Notes: generated by a model from the letters alone, not told the origin. A DNA stretch of 32,000 nucleotides from Candidatus Fukatsuia endosymbiont of Tuberolachnus salignus (GCF_964030845.1 NZ_OZ034983.1:1650737-1682736), one strand, 5' to 3'; counted from the stretch's first letter, positions 11,362 to 20,149 are shown. Numbers and translations: made by a program.

Positions 11362-12585
11362 TTATTTAGCCGTAATACGAACGGACACGCGTCGATTCTG
11401 ATTACGTCCTTCGGCGGTATCGTGACTTGCTACTGGATGGTTTTCACCGTATCCCTCCGCACTTAAGCGCTCAGCAGAGACACCTTTAGCAATCAATGCA
11501 TTCATGACCTCTTGTGCTTGAGCCTGTGAAAACTCTCTATTTTTCTCCGCATCGCCAGTATTATCAGCATCGCCACCGATTTTAAGCTTTACATTGGGGT
11601 AGGCGACCAAAATGGCAGAGATATTATCAAGTTGAGTTTGTCCTTGCGCTTTTAACGCGGTATCTGTGCTATTACTAAAAACCAGATTATCGAAATCAAA
11701 CCAAACTTCTTTGTCTGGCTGTTCCGCTGGATCTTTAATAAAGTTTAACAAACGCGCTTCCGTACTATTTTCTGGTAGGGTCAGCACTCTCCCTCCAGGC
11801 AACATTTGTCTTATCACACCTTTAGAAAGCGAAGGGTCGGGCGTTGACTGAGATTCATGTTTCGTGGGAGTAGCAATCTTATGGATTTCTTCATCATCCG
11901 GCAGTGCGCTTGAAACAGAATGATCAAGTACCGGTGCAGGGCGTGTTGAATACCAATAGATCGCCGCTGCTAAAATACACAACGGTAATAACCACCACCA
12001 GATCGACCCCGATCGCTTTTGTTCCGAGTATTGAGAGAGGGGCGGATCTACTGACGCGGGATTTCCTGAAAAAAAGTTCTTTGCTATCCTGTCGGGCAAG
12101 TTAGAAAGATAGCCATTGTCTTGCTGAGCAACAATACTCGCAAGAGACGAATTGGTTTCTCTACGTTGTACTTCGAGAGTCTCCAGCACACTGCCAGCAG
12201 CAAGGTTCATTAAAGGTGCCACGTTAGCTATTTTCAGTCCTGTGGTTTGAGCCAATGTGGTATATAATTTTTCTAGACTCTCGGGGAATAGCAACGATAA
12301 TAAATTTTTACCCTCGAGCACACGGCTGTTTTTGGGATCAAGAAGCTCCTGAGCAGAGGGTGTCGCAGCACCTAACTGCTTAACATTTGCTGCCAAATCG
12401 GTAATATTGTCTTCGAGATCAGGCGAATGTTTTAAGCGACTGGATAACGCCTTGACAACCGATGCAGTTGCCTGGCTGAATCCCTTATTGATGCTCTCCG
12501 TTTTTTCACCTAACTGCTCAGCAATATTGCTGGCGTCAAGTGCCTGTAACGGTGCAAGAGCGGCTCGGAAAATTCCTTTTGGCAT
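11362..12585 (-). CDS. OmpA-family peptidoglycan-binding membrane protein with an N-terminal DUF937-like domain
   Basis: The C-terminus ...GDADNTGDAEKNREFSQAQAQEVMNALIAKGVSAERLSAEGYGENHPVASHDTAEGRNQNRRVSVRI is a classical OmpA_C/MotB-like domain. A single central TM is present (IWWWLLPLCILAAAIYWY). The N-terminal helical domain resembles DUF937/YidB-like proteins. Confidence 0.8.
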   Translation of the reverse strand: MPKGIFRAALAPLQALDASNIAEQLGEKTESINKGFSQATASVVKALSSRLKHSPDLEDNITDLAANVKQLGAATPSAQELLDPKNSRVLEGKNLLSLLFPESLEKLYTTLAQTTGLKIANVAPLMNLAAGSVLETLEVQRRETNSSLASIVAQQDNGYLSNLPDRIAKNFFSGNPASVDPPLSQYSEQKRSGSIWWWLLPLCILAAAIYWYSTRPAPVLDHSVSSALPDDEEIHKIATPTKHESQSTPDPSLSKGVIRQMLPGGRVLTLPENSTEARLLNFIKDPAEQPDKEVWFDFDNLVFSNSTDTALKAQGQTQLDNISAILVAYPNVKLKIGGDADNTGDAEKNREFSQAQAQEVMNALIAKGVSAERLSAEGYGENHPVASHDTAEGRNQNRRVSVRITAK

Positions 12586-12724
12586 AGAAGACCTCCAACA
12601 GTGGTATTATTGACCAGTTAACTCTAGTACAAATATAAAAAATTTGGTATTAAACCGATTAAAATATAGACTCCAGCGCATCAGCCACGAGTGTATCGAC
12701 AATAAATAGCAAAATGACACTTCG

Positions 12725-13846
12725 ATGATCACAACAAAAAAAATCGCAACGAAAGAATGGCAGATCGCCAGTTCGCCTTTTACTCATCAGCAGCAGAATA
12801 CCAGCAATATTATGAAATGGGTGATGCTGGCCTGTATTCCAGGCATTTTTGCCCTGACTTATTTTTTTGGTTACGGCAGTCTGATCCAGGTACTACTCGC
12901 TATGCTTACAGCATGGTTAACGGAAGGTGTCGTACTTCATTTGCGAAAACCCAATTTACGAAAACGGCACTTACAACAACAAAATGGGCACAAACAACCG
13001 GTGATGGCCTGCTTAAAAGATAATTCAGCTCTATTGACCGGTTTATTACTGGGCGTTAGTCTGCCGCCTTTGGCACCTTGGTGGGTAGTGGTACTAGGTA
13101 CTCTGTTCGCTATTATCATTGCTAAACAATTGTACGGAGGCTTAGGACAAAATCTTTTTAACCCTGCGATGGTCGGTTATGTCGTGTTGCTGATTTCATT
13201 CCCTGTTCAAATGACAAATTGGCTGCCCTCTGTCGAATTGCAGGCCTCACCGATTAATTTTGTCGAGAACCTACAAGTTATTTTTACCGGTCAGACAAGT
13301 GAAAACAAAAATAGCCATCAACTGCGGCAGAGCTTTGACGGCGTCAGTCAAGCAACTCCGTTAGATACACTCAAAACTGAATTACGTAATCAACCGTTAG
13401 CCAGTGTACTACAACACCCTCTATTTGGCGGTATTCTCGCCGGTCTTGGCTGGCAATGGGTAAATTTGGGTTTTTTAGTCGGCGGTATATTTTTATTGTG
13501 GCGTAGAATTATTTATTGGCATATTCCGTTTAGTTTCCTGCTGGCACTGTGTCTTTGTGCTACTTATAGTCACTTTATTGCACCGGAGAAATTTGCCTCT
13601 GCCACTTTTCACCTATTTTCCGGTGCTACCATGCTAGGAGCATTCTTTATTGCTACCGATCCGGTCAGTGCTGCAACAACACCTCGTGGTCGTCTAATTT
13701 TTGGTGCGTTAACCGGTGTACTCGTCTGGCTAATTCGTGTCTTTGGTGGCTATCCTGATGGCGTCGCTTTTGCCGTATTACTGGCCAATATTACAGTGCC
13801 ACTTATCGATCACTATACTCAACCACGAGTTTATGGTCATCAGTAG
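12725..13846 (+). CDS. rsxD: Electron transport complex (Rsx/Rnf) subunit D
   Basis: ...[17 protein letters not shown]...[23 protein letters not shown]...[32 protein letters not shown]...[31 protein letters not shown] is collinear with E. coli RsxD. It has about a 15-aa insertion after the first TM region. Confidence 0.93.
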   Translation: MITTKKIATKEWQIASSPFTHQQQNTSNIMKWVMLACIPGIFALTYFFGYGSLIQVLLAMLTAWLTEGVVLHLRKPNLRKRHLQQQNGHKQPVMACLKDNSALLTGLLLGVSLPPLAPWWVVVLGTLFAIIIAKQLYGGLGQNLFNPAMVGYVVLLISFPVQMTNWLPSVELQASPINFVENLQVIFTGQTSENKNSHQLRQSFDGVSQATPLDTLKTELRNQPLASVLQHPLFGGILAGLGWQWVNLGFLVGGIFLLWRRIIYWHIPFSFLLALCLCATYSHFIAPEKFASATFHLFSGATMLGAFFIATDPVSAATTPRGRLIFGALTGVLVWLIRVFGGYPDGVAFAVLLANITVPLIDHYTQPRVYGHQ

Positions 13847-13874
13847 ATTTTTTTCGTAACTCATTACTTTTAGG

Positions 13875-14023
13875 AGCCTATTCCAGTTCCAAATCTTTCT
13901 CGCTGTGCTCAGAAGAGGAAAAAATGGGCGGAAAAATGCGGTTTACTTTTTAAGTACAAAAAAGGGAGTAAATGAGTATTTTGATCAGCGAGCACAAGAG
14001 ATTTCGAACAGGTTCTAAGGAAG
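13875..14023. repeat. ERIC/MITE-like imperfect palindromic intergenic repeat, copy A (inside the rsxD-rsxG spacer)
   Basis: Shares ...AAAAGGGAGTAAATGAG(T/C)ATTTTGA...ATCAGCGAGCACAAGAGATTTCGAACAG(G/A)TT... with copy B (28905-29033). Its left arm CCAGTTCCAAATCTTTCTCGCTGTGCTCAGA matches copy C (CCTGTTCCAAATCTTCTTGAGCGACGCTCAGA). The left and right arms are imperfect inverted repeats. Confidence 0.7.
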
Positions 14024-14027
14024 CCAG

Positions 14028-14675
14028 ATGCAAGCACCACTGACCATGCTAAGCACTATAAAAAGTTACGGCGTCACTTTAGCGGTATTTGCCGCCTTAA
14101 CAACGGGTCTGACCGCCATTATCAATACCCTGACGGAAACGACTATCACCAAACAGACAATGTTGCAACAAAAAATGTTATTGGATGAGGTCATCCCTAT
14201 CAATAATTATAATAATAATATGCAAGAGGAATGTTACGTTGTCACTGATTCTGCTTTAGGTGATCTCACTCCACATCGCCTCTATCTAGCGCGTAATAAT
14301 CATGGACAACCTGTCGCGGCTGCTATCGAGACCACAGCGCCTGATGGGTATTCTGGGGCAATTCATTTATTGGTTGGTGCAGATTTTCACGGTAAGGTGC
14401 TAGGTAGCAGGGTGATCGAACACCACGAAACCCCAGGATTAGGCGATAAAATTGATATTCGTATCTCTGACTGGATCACGCATTTTAGTGGTCAGCAGGT
14501 TATAGGAGAAAAGGATAGTCACTGGGCAATAAAAAAAGACGGCGGTATATTCGATCAATTTACAGGGGCAAGTATTACGCCGAGAGCGGTGGTGCGAGCG
14601 GTAAAAAATACGGTGCTTTATCTGAAAACGATACCCGCCAAACTGTCCAGGTTGACACCTTGTGGAAATAACTAA
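14028..14675 (+). CDS. rsxG: Electron transport complex (Rsx/Rnf) subunit G
   Basis: N-terminal TM, FMN-attachment region ...[14 protein letters not shown]..., and position between rsxD and rsxE. Confidence 0.9.
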   Translation: MQAPLTMLSTIKSYGVTLAVFAALTTGLTAIINTLTETTITKQTMLQQKMLLDEVIPINNYNNNMQEECYVVTDSALGDLTPHRLYLARNNHGQPVAAAIETTAPDGYSGAIHLLVGADFHGKVLGSRVIEHHETPGLGDKIDIRISDWITHFSGQQVIGEKDSHWAIKKDGGIFDQFTGASITPRAVVRAVKNTVLYLKTIPAKLSRLTPCGNN

Positions 14676-14690
14676 TTTGTGGGTCACTCG

Positions 14691-15392
14691 ATGAGTAATA
14701 TTAGAGATTTGCTGGTTCAGGGGTTATGGAAAAATAACTCGGCGTTGGTGCAACTGCTTGGACTATGTCCGTTACTGGCGGTTTCATCCACTGCCACCAA
14801 TGCATTGGGGCTGGGTTTAGCAACAACCTTGGTTTTGTTTTGTACTAATACCATGGTCTCGGCTCTACGCCGTTGGATCCCTAACGAAATTCGTATCCCT
14901 ATTTATGTGATGATTATCGCTTCAGTCGTCAGCACAGTACAGATGCTAATTAACGCTTATACTTTTGAACTTTATCAATCGCTGGGGATATTTATTCCCC
15001 TGATCGTCACTAACTGTATTGTCATCGGCCGTGCGGAAGCCTATGCTTCAAAAAATCCGGTAGCACTTGCTGCCTTTGATGGTATATCGATGGGGTCGGG
15101 TGCAACGATGGTGCTATTGGCTTTAGGCGCATTGCGTGAAATTCTTGGCAACGGTACATTGTTTGATGGTGCAGATAGGCTACTAGGTGATTGGGCTAAA
15201 ATATTACGCATCGAAGTTATTCATCTGGATAGTCCCTTTTTATTAGCGATGCTGCCACCAGGTGCCTTTATTGGGCTTGGCTTGCTGCTGGCCGGCAAAT
15301 ATCTGATTGATGAAAAAATAAAAATACGTCAAACCAGAGCACGAATCATCACATCGCCTTTACAGAATGAACTCAGCGAAAAAATTTTATGA
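14691..15392 (+). CDS. rsxE: Electron transport complex (Rsx/Rnf) subunit E
   Basis: [49 protein letters not shown]... is nearly identical in pattern to E. coli RsxE. I prefer the ATG at 14691 to the GTG at 14679. Confidence 0.93.
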   Translation: MSNIRDLLVQGLWKNNSALVQLLGLCPLLAVSSTATNALGLGLATTLVLFCTNTMVSALRRWIPNEIRIPIYVMIIASVVSTVQMLINAYTFELYQSLGIFIPLIVTNCIVIGRAEAYASKNPVALAAFDGISMGSGATMVLLALGALREILGNGTLFDGADRLLGDWAKILRIEVIHLDSPFLLAMLPPGAFIGLGLLLAGKYLIDEKIKIRQTRARIITSPLQNELSEKIL

Positions 15393-16030
15393 ATCAAAGA
15401 AAACGTATTGCGATCTTTACTCGTCTGCGCGACAACAATCCGCATCCAGCTACTGAATTAGCCTATGGTACAGTGTTTGAATTGTTGATTGCAGTACTAC
15501 TTTCAGCACAGGCAACCGATATTGGCGTCAACAAAGCCACGGCTAAGCTTTATCCGGTGGCCAATACACCGCAAGGTTTATTGACACTGGGTGTCGAAGG
15601 CGTGAAGAAATATATTAAAACCATTGGCTTATTCAATGTTAAAGCAGAAAATATTATAAAAACTTGTCGTTTATTACTGGAAAAACACCAGGGAGAAGTG
15701 CCAGAAGATCGGGAGGCACTGGAAGCATTACCGGGGGTAGGGCGCAAAACGGCAAACGTCGTGCTCAATACTGCTTTTGGCTGGTCGACTATCGCTGTTG
15801 ATACGCATATTTTTCGAGTATCTAACCGTACGGGATTGGCACCTGGGGCTAATGTCGATCAAGTCGAAGAAAAATTACTTAAAGTCGTGCCCACAGAATT
15901 TAAGCAAAACTGTCACCATTGGTTAATTCTGCATGGTCGCTACAGTTGTATTGCACGCAAACCCCGTTGTGGCTCCTGTCTTATCGAAGATTTATGCGAA
16001 TTTAAAGAAAAAAATTATCCTGCCAGTTAA
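15389..16030 (+). CDS. nth: Endonuclease III
   Basis: HhH-GPD motif [13 protein letters not shown] and the C-terminal 4Fe-4S cluster CX6CX2CX5C ([17 protein letters not shown]). ATGA overlap with rsxE as in E. coli. Confidence 0.96.
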   Translation: MNQRKRIAIFTRLRDNNPHPATELAYGTVFELLIAVLLSAQATDIGVNKATAKLYPVANTPQGLLTLGVEGVKKYIKTIGLFNVKAENIIKTCRLLLEKHQGEVPEDREALEALPGVGRKTANVVLNTAFGWSTIAVDTHIFRVSNRTGLAPGANVDQVEEKLLKVVPTEFKQNCHHWLILHGRYSCIARKPRCGSCLIEDLCEFKEKNYPAS

Positions 16031-16034
16031 GTTC

Positions 16035-17132
16035 TATACCCAAGTGAAATCAAGATGCAGGATTTAGCGCCTGGCAATTATCGTTTAAGCGAGATACCAG
16101 AGAACTTGCCATTTGTGGTAGCTTCACTTCAAAGAAGTTTAAGATATCGTTCTTAAAACTCTGTTTAGATGGGTAATATCTATTGTTTCGTGTTTGCTCA
16201 TTCATCACCTTCCACAATCGCTCTATCGGGTTTAGATTCGGGCTATACGGCGGAAGGTAATGAAGCTGGATATTCAACGTAAGCGCGGCGTCTTGCACAA
16301 GCTGTGAACGGTGATAGCCTGCACCCTCGAGGATCACATGTGCCGTTGTCGTGATGGGATAATGCGCGCGAATGGCAGACAGGAAGTGAACCACATTTTC
16401 GCTGTTAATCGTCTCATCATCACGGATTATGGGGTTAGCCACATTCTGGATGTTCAAGGCTCCCATGATATTCAACCGCGTTCTGCTCCCGGTGGTCTCT
16501 ATCGTTTTATCCTGGCCTTTTCGTATCCAGCCGTAGCTTATTTTGGTGGCTTGTGTCGGATGAACGGCATCAATAAACAGTATGGGGTCATTACCCGCGG
16601 CGTCTTTCAATTCGCTGTAGGTCTTTATAAATTGCTGCTGTTTCTCAACGGCAAATTTATGCGGAACACCTTTCGGCTTTTTATAGCTAAAGCCATGCTG
16701 CTTCAACCCTTTATACAGACCTGATACGGTAAAGGTGATGTTCCAGCGTCCAGCGATATACGCCACAATTTGGTGATTGTGGTGGTAGAGCGGCTGGGTG
16801 AGATGTTCAACCAGCGACGTGGTCTGTTCCGCATTGAGATAGCCATCGGAGCCGCCATTTTCAGGCTTGAGCTTGTTGAGTTTATGATAGTCTGTAAGGT
16901 GGCGCCGCACCGTGGTTTCATTAATGAGCTGTGAGTGAGCAATCATAGGGGGAGTCCAGCCGTCTGCGGACAACAAAACACACCGGATCCTGTCACAGAC
17001 ACGGCGGTCATGGCTTTGACGATGTTGGGCTTCGAGGGTAATTTTCTGGTCAGCAGTCAGCTCTATTTTCATGGCTATGAGCATGATCCTTATCGACTTC
17101 AAAATCAAGCATCTTCATTGATCACGGGTATA
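16035..17132 (-). mobile_element. IS630-family insertion sequence (about 1.1 kb) with terminal inverted repeats and TA flanks
   Basis: Left end TATACCCAAGTGAAATCAAGATGCAGGATTT versus the reverse complement of the right end TATACCCGTGATCAATGAAGATGCTTGATTT. That is about 23 of 31 matches, including the first 7 nt. TA dinucleotides at both junctions are consistent with IS630/Tc1 TA target duplication. It carries a single DDE transposase ORF. Confidence 0.85.
16050..17072 (-). CDS. IS630-family DDE transposase
   Basis: MKIELTADQKITLEAQHRQSHDRRVCDRIRCVLL... gives an N-terminal HTH. ...LFIDAVHP..., ...LPPYSPNLNPIERLW... are hallmark IS630/Tc1-mariner catalytic motifs. The likely start is the ATG at 17072. 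Confidence 0.9.
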   Translation of the reverse strand: MKIELTADQKITLEAQHRQSHDRRVCDRIRCVLLSADGWTPPMIAHSQLINETTVRRHLTDYHKLNKLKPENGGSDGYLNAEQTTSLVEHLTQPLYHHNHQIVAYIAGRWNITFTVSGLYKGLKQHGFSYKKPKGVPHKFAVEKQQQFIKTYSELKDAAGNDPILFIDAVHPTQATKISYGWIRKGQDKTIETTGSRTRLNIMGALNIQNVANPIIRDDETINSENVVHFLSAIRAHYPITTTAHVILEGAGYHRSQLVQDAALTLNIQLHYLPPYSPNLNPIERLWKVMNEQTRNNRYYPSKQSFKNDILNFFEVKLPQMASSLVSRLNDNCQALNPAS

Positions 17133-17476
17133 TACGGAAAAATCTATCATTAAACCATCCGTATCCACAGCCGAGATCGACAACATTCGGTCCTTCCACC
17201 GTAGCGGGTCACATATCAACGATTGTCTGCCACTCCGGTGCGCCATATTGATATTTATAACAGGAACATGACAAGAAATGAACAACTTATTGCCACGATA
17301 GTATAACATCACGGAGTTGTACATTAGTATGTGTTATATAATAATCTGCCAGATATCACTATGGAGAATATTATGGCATTTTAAACAAAACGGACATGAC
17401 ACTTGCTCGACGCTATTGATTCGCGTAAAACTATTGGCAGTAAATTCCCTAACTCAACAGATTTTCACTGGACACT

Positions 17477-18945
17477 ATGTTTCAAAATAACCCGCTGCTG
17501 GCGCAGCTTAAAAAGCAATTACATATTCAAACCCCCCGCATTGAAGGGGTGGTTAAAGGTACGGAAAAAAGCTTTGGCTTCCTTGAAGTTGATGGGCAGA
17601 AAAGTTATTTCATCCCTCCACCACAGATGAAAAAAGTTATGCACGGTGACCGCGTGCTTGCCGTTTTACGTACCGATAAAAATCGTGAAATTGTTGAGCC
17701 AGAAAGCTTGGTAGAACCATTTTTATCTCGCTTTGTAGGGCGAATACAAAAAACAGACCAGTGCTTATTTATTATCCCTGATCATCCACTGTTAAGAGAT
17801 GCGATACCTTGTAGCAAAGCACCTGAACTCACTCACAATTTCCAGAACGGTGACTGGGCAGTAGCTGAATGACGATTACAGCAAGTGGCGCTTTGGGTGA
17901 TGACATCCAATTTTCTGTTGCTTGGATAGAATCAAAAGCCAAACTAGTTTATGACCAGATTTCTGATTGGTTGGAAAATCGGGGTGACTGGCAACCACAA
18001 AATAGCGAAATTACAGCACAGATCACACTGTTACAACGCGTCTGTAATGCACGTGATAAGTGGCGTCGACAACATGCTTTGGTGTTTAAAGATCACCCTG
18101 ACTACCGTTTTTCACTGGGTGAAAAAGGTGAGGTATTGGACATCATCGTTGAGCAACGTCGTATTGCCAACCGCATTGTTGAAGAGTGCATGATTGCTGC
18201 CAACATTTGTGCAGCAATCATGCTCCGCGCCGAGCTTGGTTTTGGTATCTATAATGTGCATGCTGGCTTTGATCCAGTCATGGTTGAACAAGTAAGCAAT
18301 GTACTTAAAACTTACGACATTGATACTGATCCCAAAGCTCTATTGACCCTGGAAGGTTTCTGCCAATTACGTCGTCATCTAGATACCTTACCGACACCGT
18401 TCCTTGATGGTCGTATCCGCCGTTTTCAGACCTTCGCAGAAATTAGTACTCAACTCAGCCCACATTTCGGATTAGGTCTGGAAGCTTATGCAACCTGGAC
18501 TTCGCCAATCCGTAAATATGGTGATATGGTTAATCATCGTCTGTTAAAAGCGATTATCAATCGTCAGCAGGTAAATAAGCCACAAGATGAGATCGGTATT
18601 CAATTGGCAGAACGCCGTCGTTTGAACCGAATGGCGGAACGTGATGTAGGAGATTGGCTGTATGCTCGTTATTTGCAACCACTGGCCGGTACTGATAGAC
18701 GGTTTTCTGCTGAGATTATTGACGTCACACGTGGGGGGGTGCGGGTACGTTTATTGGAAAACGGAGCAATGGCTTTTATTCCAGGATCATTCATTCATGC
18801 GGTACGCGACGAGTTGACTTGTAGCCAAGAAGCCGGAAGCGTCCAAATCAAAGGAAAAACGATTTTCCGCCAAAATGATAATATTGAAGTACAGCTTGTT
18901 GAAGTACGAATGGGAAGCCGTAATGTGATTGCACGTCCTATTTAA
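17477..18945 (+). pseudogene. rnb: Exoribonuclease II (rnb) pseudogene with an internal deletion and frame disruption
   Basis: ORF 17477-17872 matches RNase II residues about 1-131 ([59 protein letters not shown]...GDWAVAE) and then hits TGA. ORF 17869-18945, in another frame, resumes at ...[34 protein letters not shown]..., which aligns to E. coli ...[35 protein letters not shown].... About 150 aa are missing, including the start of the RNB domain. Confidence 0.85.
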
Positions 18946-19038
18946 ATTATCTGAAAAGTAAGGCACAGTCGCTGAGTTTTATGGAAATTGGTAATAGCGG
19001 TCAGCAGGTTGCCAATTTCTTGATTATTCCTGGTACAA

Positions 19039-19066
19039 TTTAACATAATATACATTATACGAATTA
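19039..19066 (-). other. dif: dif-type XerC/XerD recombination site, the candidate functional chromosomal dif and prophage end
   Basis: The + strand ATTTAACATAATATACATTATACGAATT has the reverse complement AATTCGTATAA-TGTATA-TTATGTTAAAT. E. coli dif is GGTGCGCATAA-TGTATA-TTATGTTAAAT. The XerD arm is 11/11, the central region 6/6 and the XerC arm 7/11, giving 21 contiguous identical nt. Confidence 0.8.
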
Positions 19067-19132
19067 ACGGAGTTTTGGTGTATTCTAGTGTCTGTCCTTG
19101 TCTGTATGTATAATCGAAAGTATGGGGAAATT

Positions 19133-19357
19133 ATGTTAGCTATCCAACTGCCTATTGAAATCGAAGACCGATTAGACCACCTTGCCGAAATGACTGGCAA
19201 AACAAAGAGATTTTACGTAGAAGAAGCTGTTCTGACTCATCTTGAAGATCTCGAAGATTATTATCAAGCTGCGGAAGTATCAGCACGAGTAAAACAAGGT
19301 AAAGAACAAGTTTATAGCGTCCAAGATGTAAGGAATGCACTTGGTCTGGAAGATTAA
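19133..19357 (+). CDS. Type II antitoxin, ribbon-helix-helix RelB/ParD-like
   Basis: MLAIQLPIEIEDRLDHLAEMTGKTKRFYVEEAVLTHLEDLEDYY... has the typical RHH antitoxin N-terminus. GGGGA RBS sits upstream of the ATG at 19133. It overlaps the downstream RelE-like gene. Confidence 0.8.
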   Translation: MLAIQLPIEIEDRLDHLAEMTGKTKRFYVEEAVLTHLEDLEDYYQAAEVSARVKQGKEQVYSVQDVRNALGLED

Positions 19358-19622
19358 TTATACCGAAAAAGCGCTCAGATCCTTGCGTAAAATGGATAAG
19401 CACAATGCCCGCCGCATCGTTGATTACCTCAATAAGCGCATAGCTCCACATGAAAATCCGAGGCTATTAGGTAAACAGCTTAAAGGTTCCCTTGGAGATT
19501 TTTGGCGTTATCGAATGGGTGATTATCGTATATTATGCGAAATCCATGATGATGAATTGGTGATCCTCGCGGCAACCATAGGTCATCGCCGAGAAGTTTA
19601 TGACTTAATATCCCCCAAATAA
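19335..19622 (+). CDS. Type II toxin, RelE/ParE family
   Basis: ...WKINYTEKALRSLRKMDKHNARRIVDYLNKRI...NPRLLGKQLKGSLGDFWRYRMGDYRILCEIHDDELVILAATIGHRREVY is the canonical RelE/ParE fold signature. It overlaps the antitoxin 3' end by 23 nt. The exact start codon is uncertain. Confidence 0.85.
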   Translation: MHLVWKINYTEKALRSLRKMDKHNARRIVDYLNKRIAPHENPRLLGKQLKGSLGDFWRYRMGDYRILCEIHDDELVILAATIGHRREVYDLISPK

Positions 19623-19674
19623 TCGTATGAAAGTTCTGCCCTGACGCGCCTAACGGCTTGTCCAACCCTTTACA

Positions 19675-19694
19675 CCAACAAGAAACCTTGTTGG
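19675..19694. terminator. Small hairpin between convergent relE-like and LuxR-like genes
   Basis: CCAACAAG-AAAC-CTTGTTGG has an 8-bp stem. Weak T-rich sequence follows on the + strand (GCGTTTTCATTTT). Confidence 0.35.
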
Positions 19695-19758
19695 CGCTCA
19701 GCGTTTTCATTTTGCTACCAAGTGCTGGCAATTTTTTCGTGTTCAAAATCTGTCATTA

Positions 19759-20055
19759 TTATGCTCCGTCGCCATTAAAACACCTTCGTTGTCTGCCTCC
19801 TTTCAATACAAACAACACCAGGCGAACATGAAATACGGTCAGCAACCCCGTCAATGAACAGGATTCAAATTTAATCTTGGCTTCCGCTATCGTCTGTTTA
19901 ACGACTTTATACGAAATTGAACGTAACACCGCGATCTCTTTTTGGGACACGCCGAGAGAAAAAAGCATCGCAGTTTCAAACTGAACCGGCGTTAACTCAG
20001 GAAACAAGTTGCGTAATTCAGGATATTGGGTAGGATCAAAAACAGCCATAATCAA
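19759..20055 (-). CDS. Small LuxR/GerE-type HTH transcriptional regulator (solo DNA-binding domain)
   Basis: ...LTPVQFETAMLFSLGVSQKEIAVLRSISYKVVKQTIAEAKIKF... matches the LuxR C-terminal HTH pattern (LTxRExEvL.L...G.S.KEIA..L.IS..TVK.H). There is no receiver or ligand domain. It is on the same strand as the phage morphogenesis genes. Confidence 0.6.
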   Translation of the reverse strand: MIMAVFDPTQYPELRNLFPELTPVQFETAMLFSLGVSQKEIAVLRSISYKVVKQTIAEAKIKFESCSLTGLLTVFHVRLVLFVLKGGRQRRCFNGDGA

Positions 20056-20117
20056 AGCCTCATTTTGGTTGCGGTCAGCTGCATGATCGGATTCACAGTC
20101 CGGTTATGCAGCGCTCA

Positions 20118-20145
20118 ATTGTACATAATACATAACATGATTTCA
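20118..20145 (-). other. Weak dif-like site (XerD-arm-like half) in the phage intergenic region
   Basis: The minus strand reads TGAAATCATGT-TATGTA-TTATGTACAAT. The XerD arm is 9/11 versus TTATGTTAAAT and the XerC arm only 4/11. It has the same orientation as the 19039-19066 site. Confidence 0.3.
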
Positions 20146-20149
20146 CATT

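Noticed and set aside
13968-14039. A Shine-Dalgarno-like AGGGAG plus ATG (GGGAGTAAATGAG...) inside the ERIC-like repeats, suggesting a repeat-encoded micropeptide.
   Set aside because: Translating copies A and B gives different frames and lengths after the first four residues (MSILISEHKRF... versus MSILSSFLTKYQ...) because of indels. The reading frame is therefore not conserved.
16311-16724. A 137-aa ORF, and the 16703-16942 and 16935-17153 ORFs, all inside the IS630 element.
   Set aside because: They are antisense or out of frame to the intact DDE transposase, and no known IS630 accessory gene occupies this position.
17115-17324. A 69-aa minus-strand ORF in the spacer between IS630 and rnb.
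   Set aside because: It has no RBS and no recognisable family, and it partly overlaps the right inverted repeat of the IS. It is possibly a relic of an eroded gene but is not supportable as a CDS.
19480-19746. An 88-aa minus-strand ORF overlapping the relE-like gene.
   Set aside because: It is antisense to a well-supported RelE/ParE toxin ORF and has no RBS or recognisable motif.
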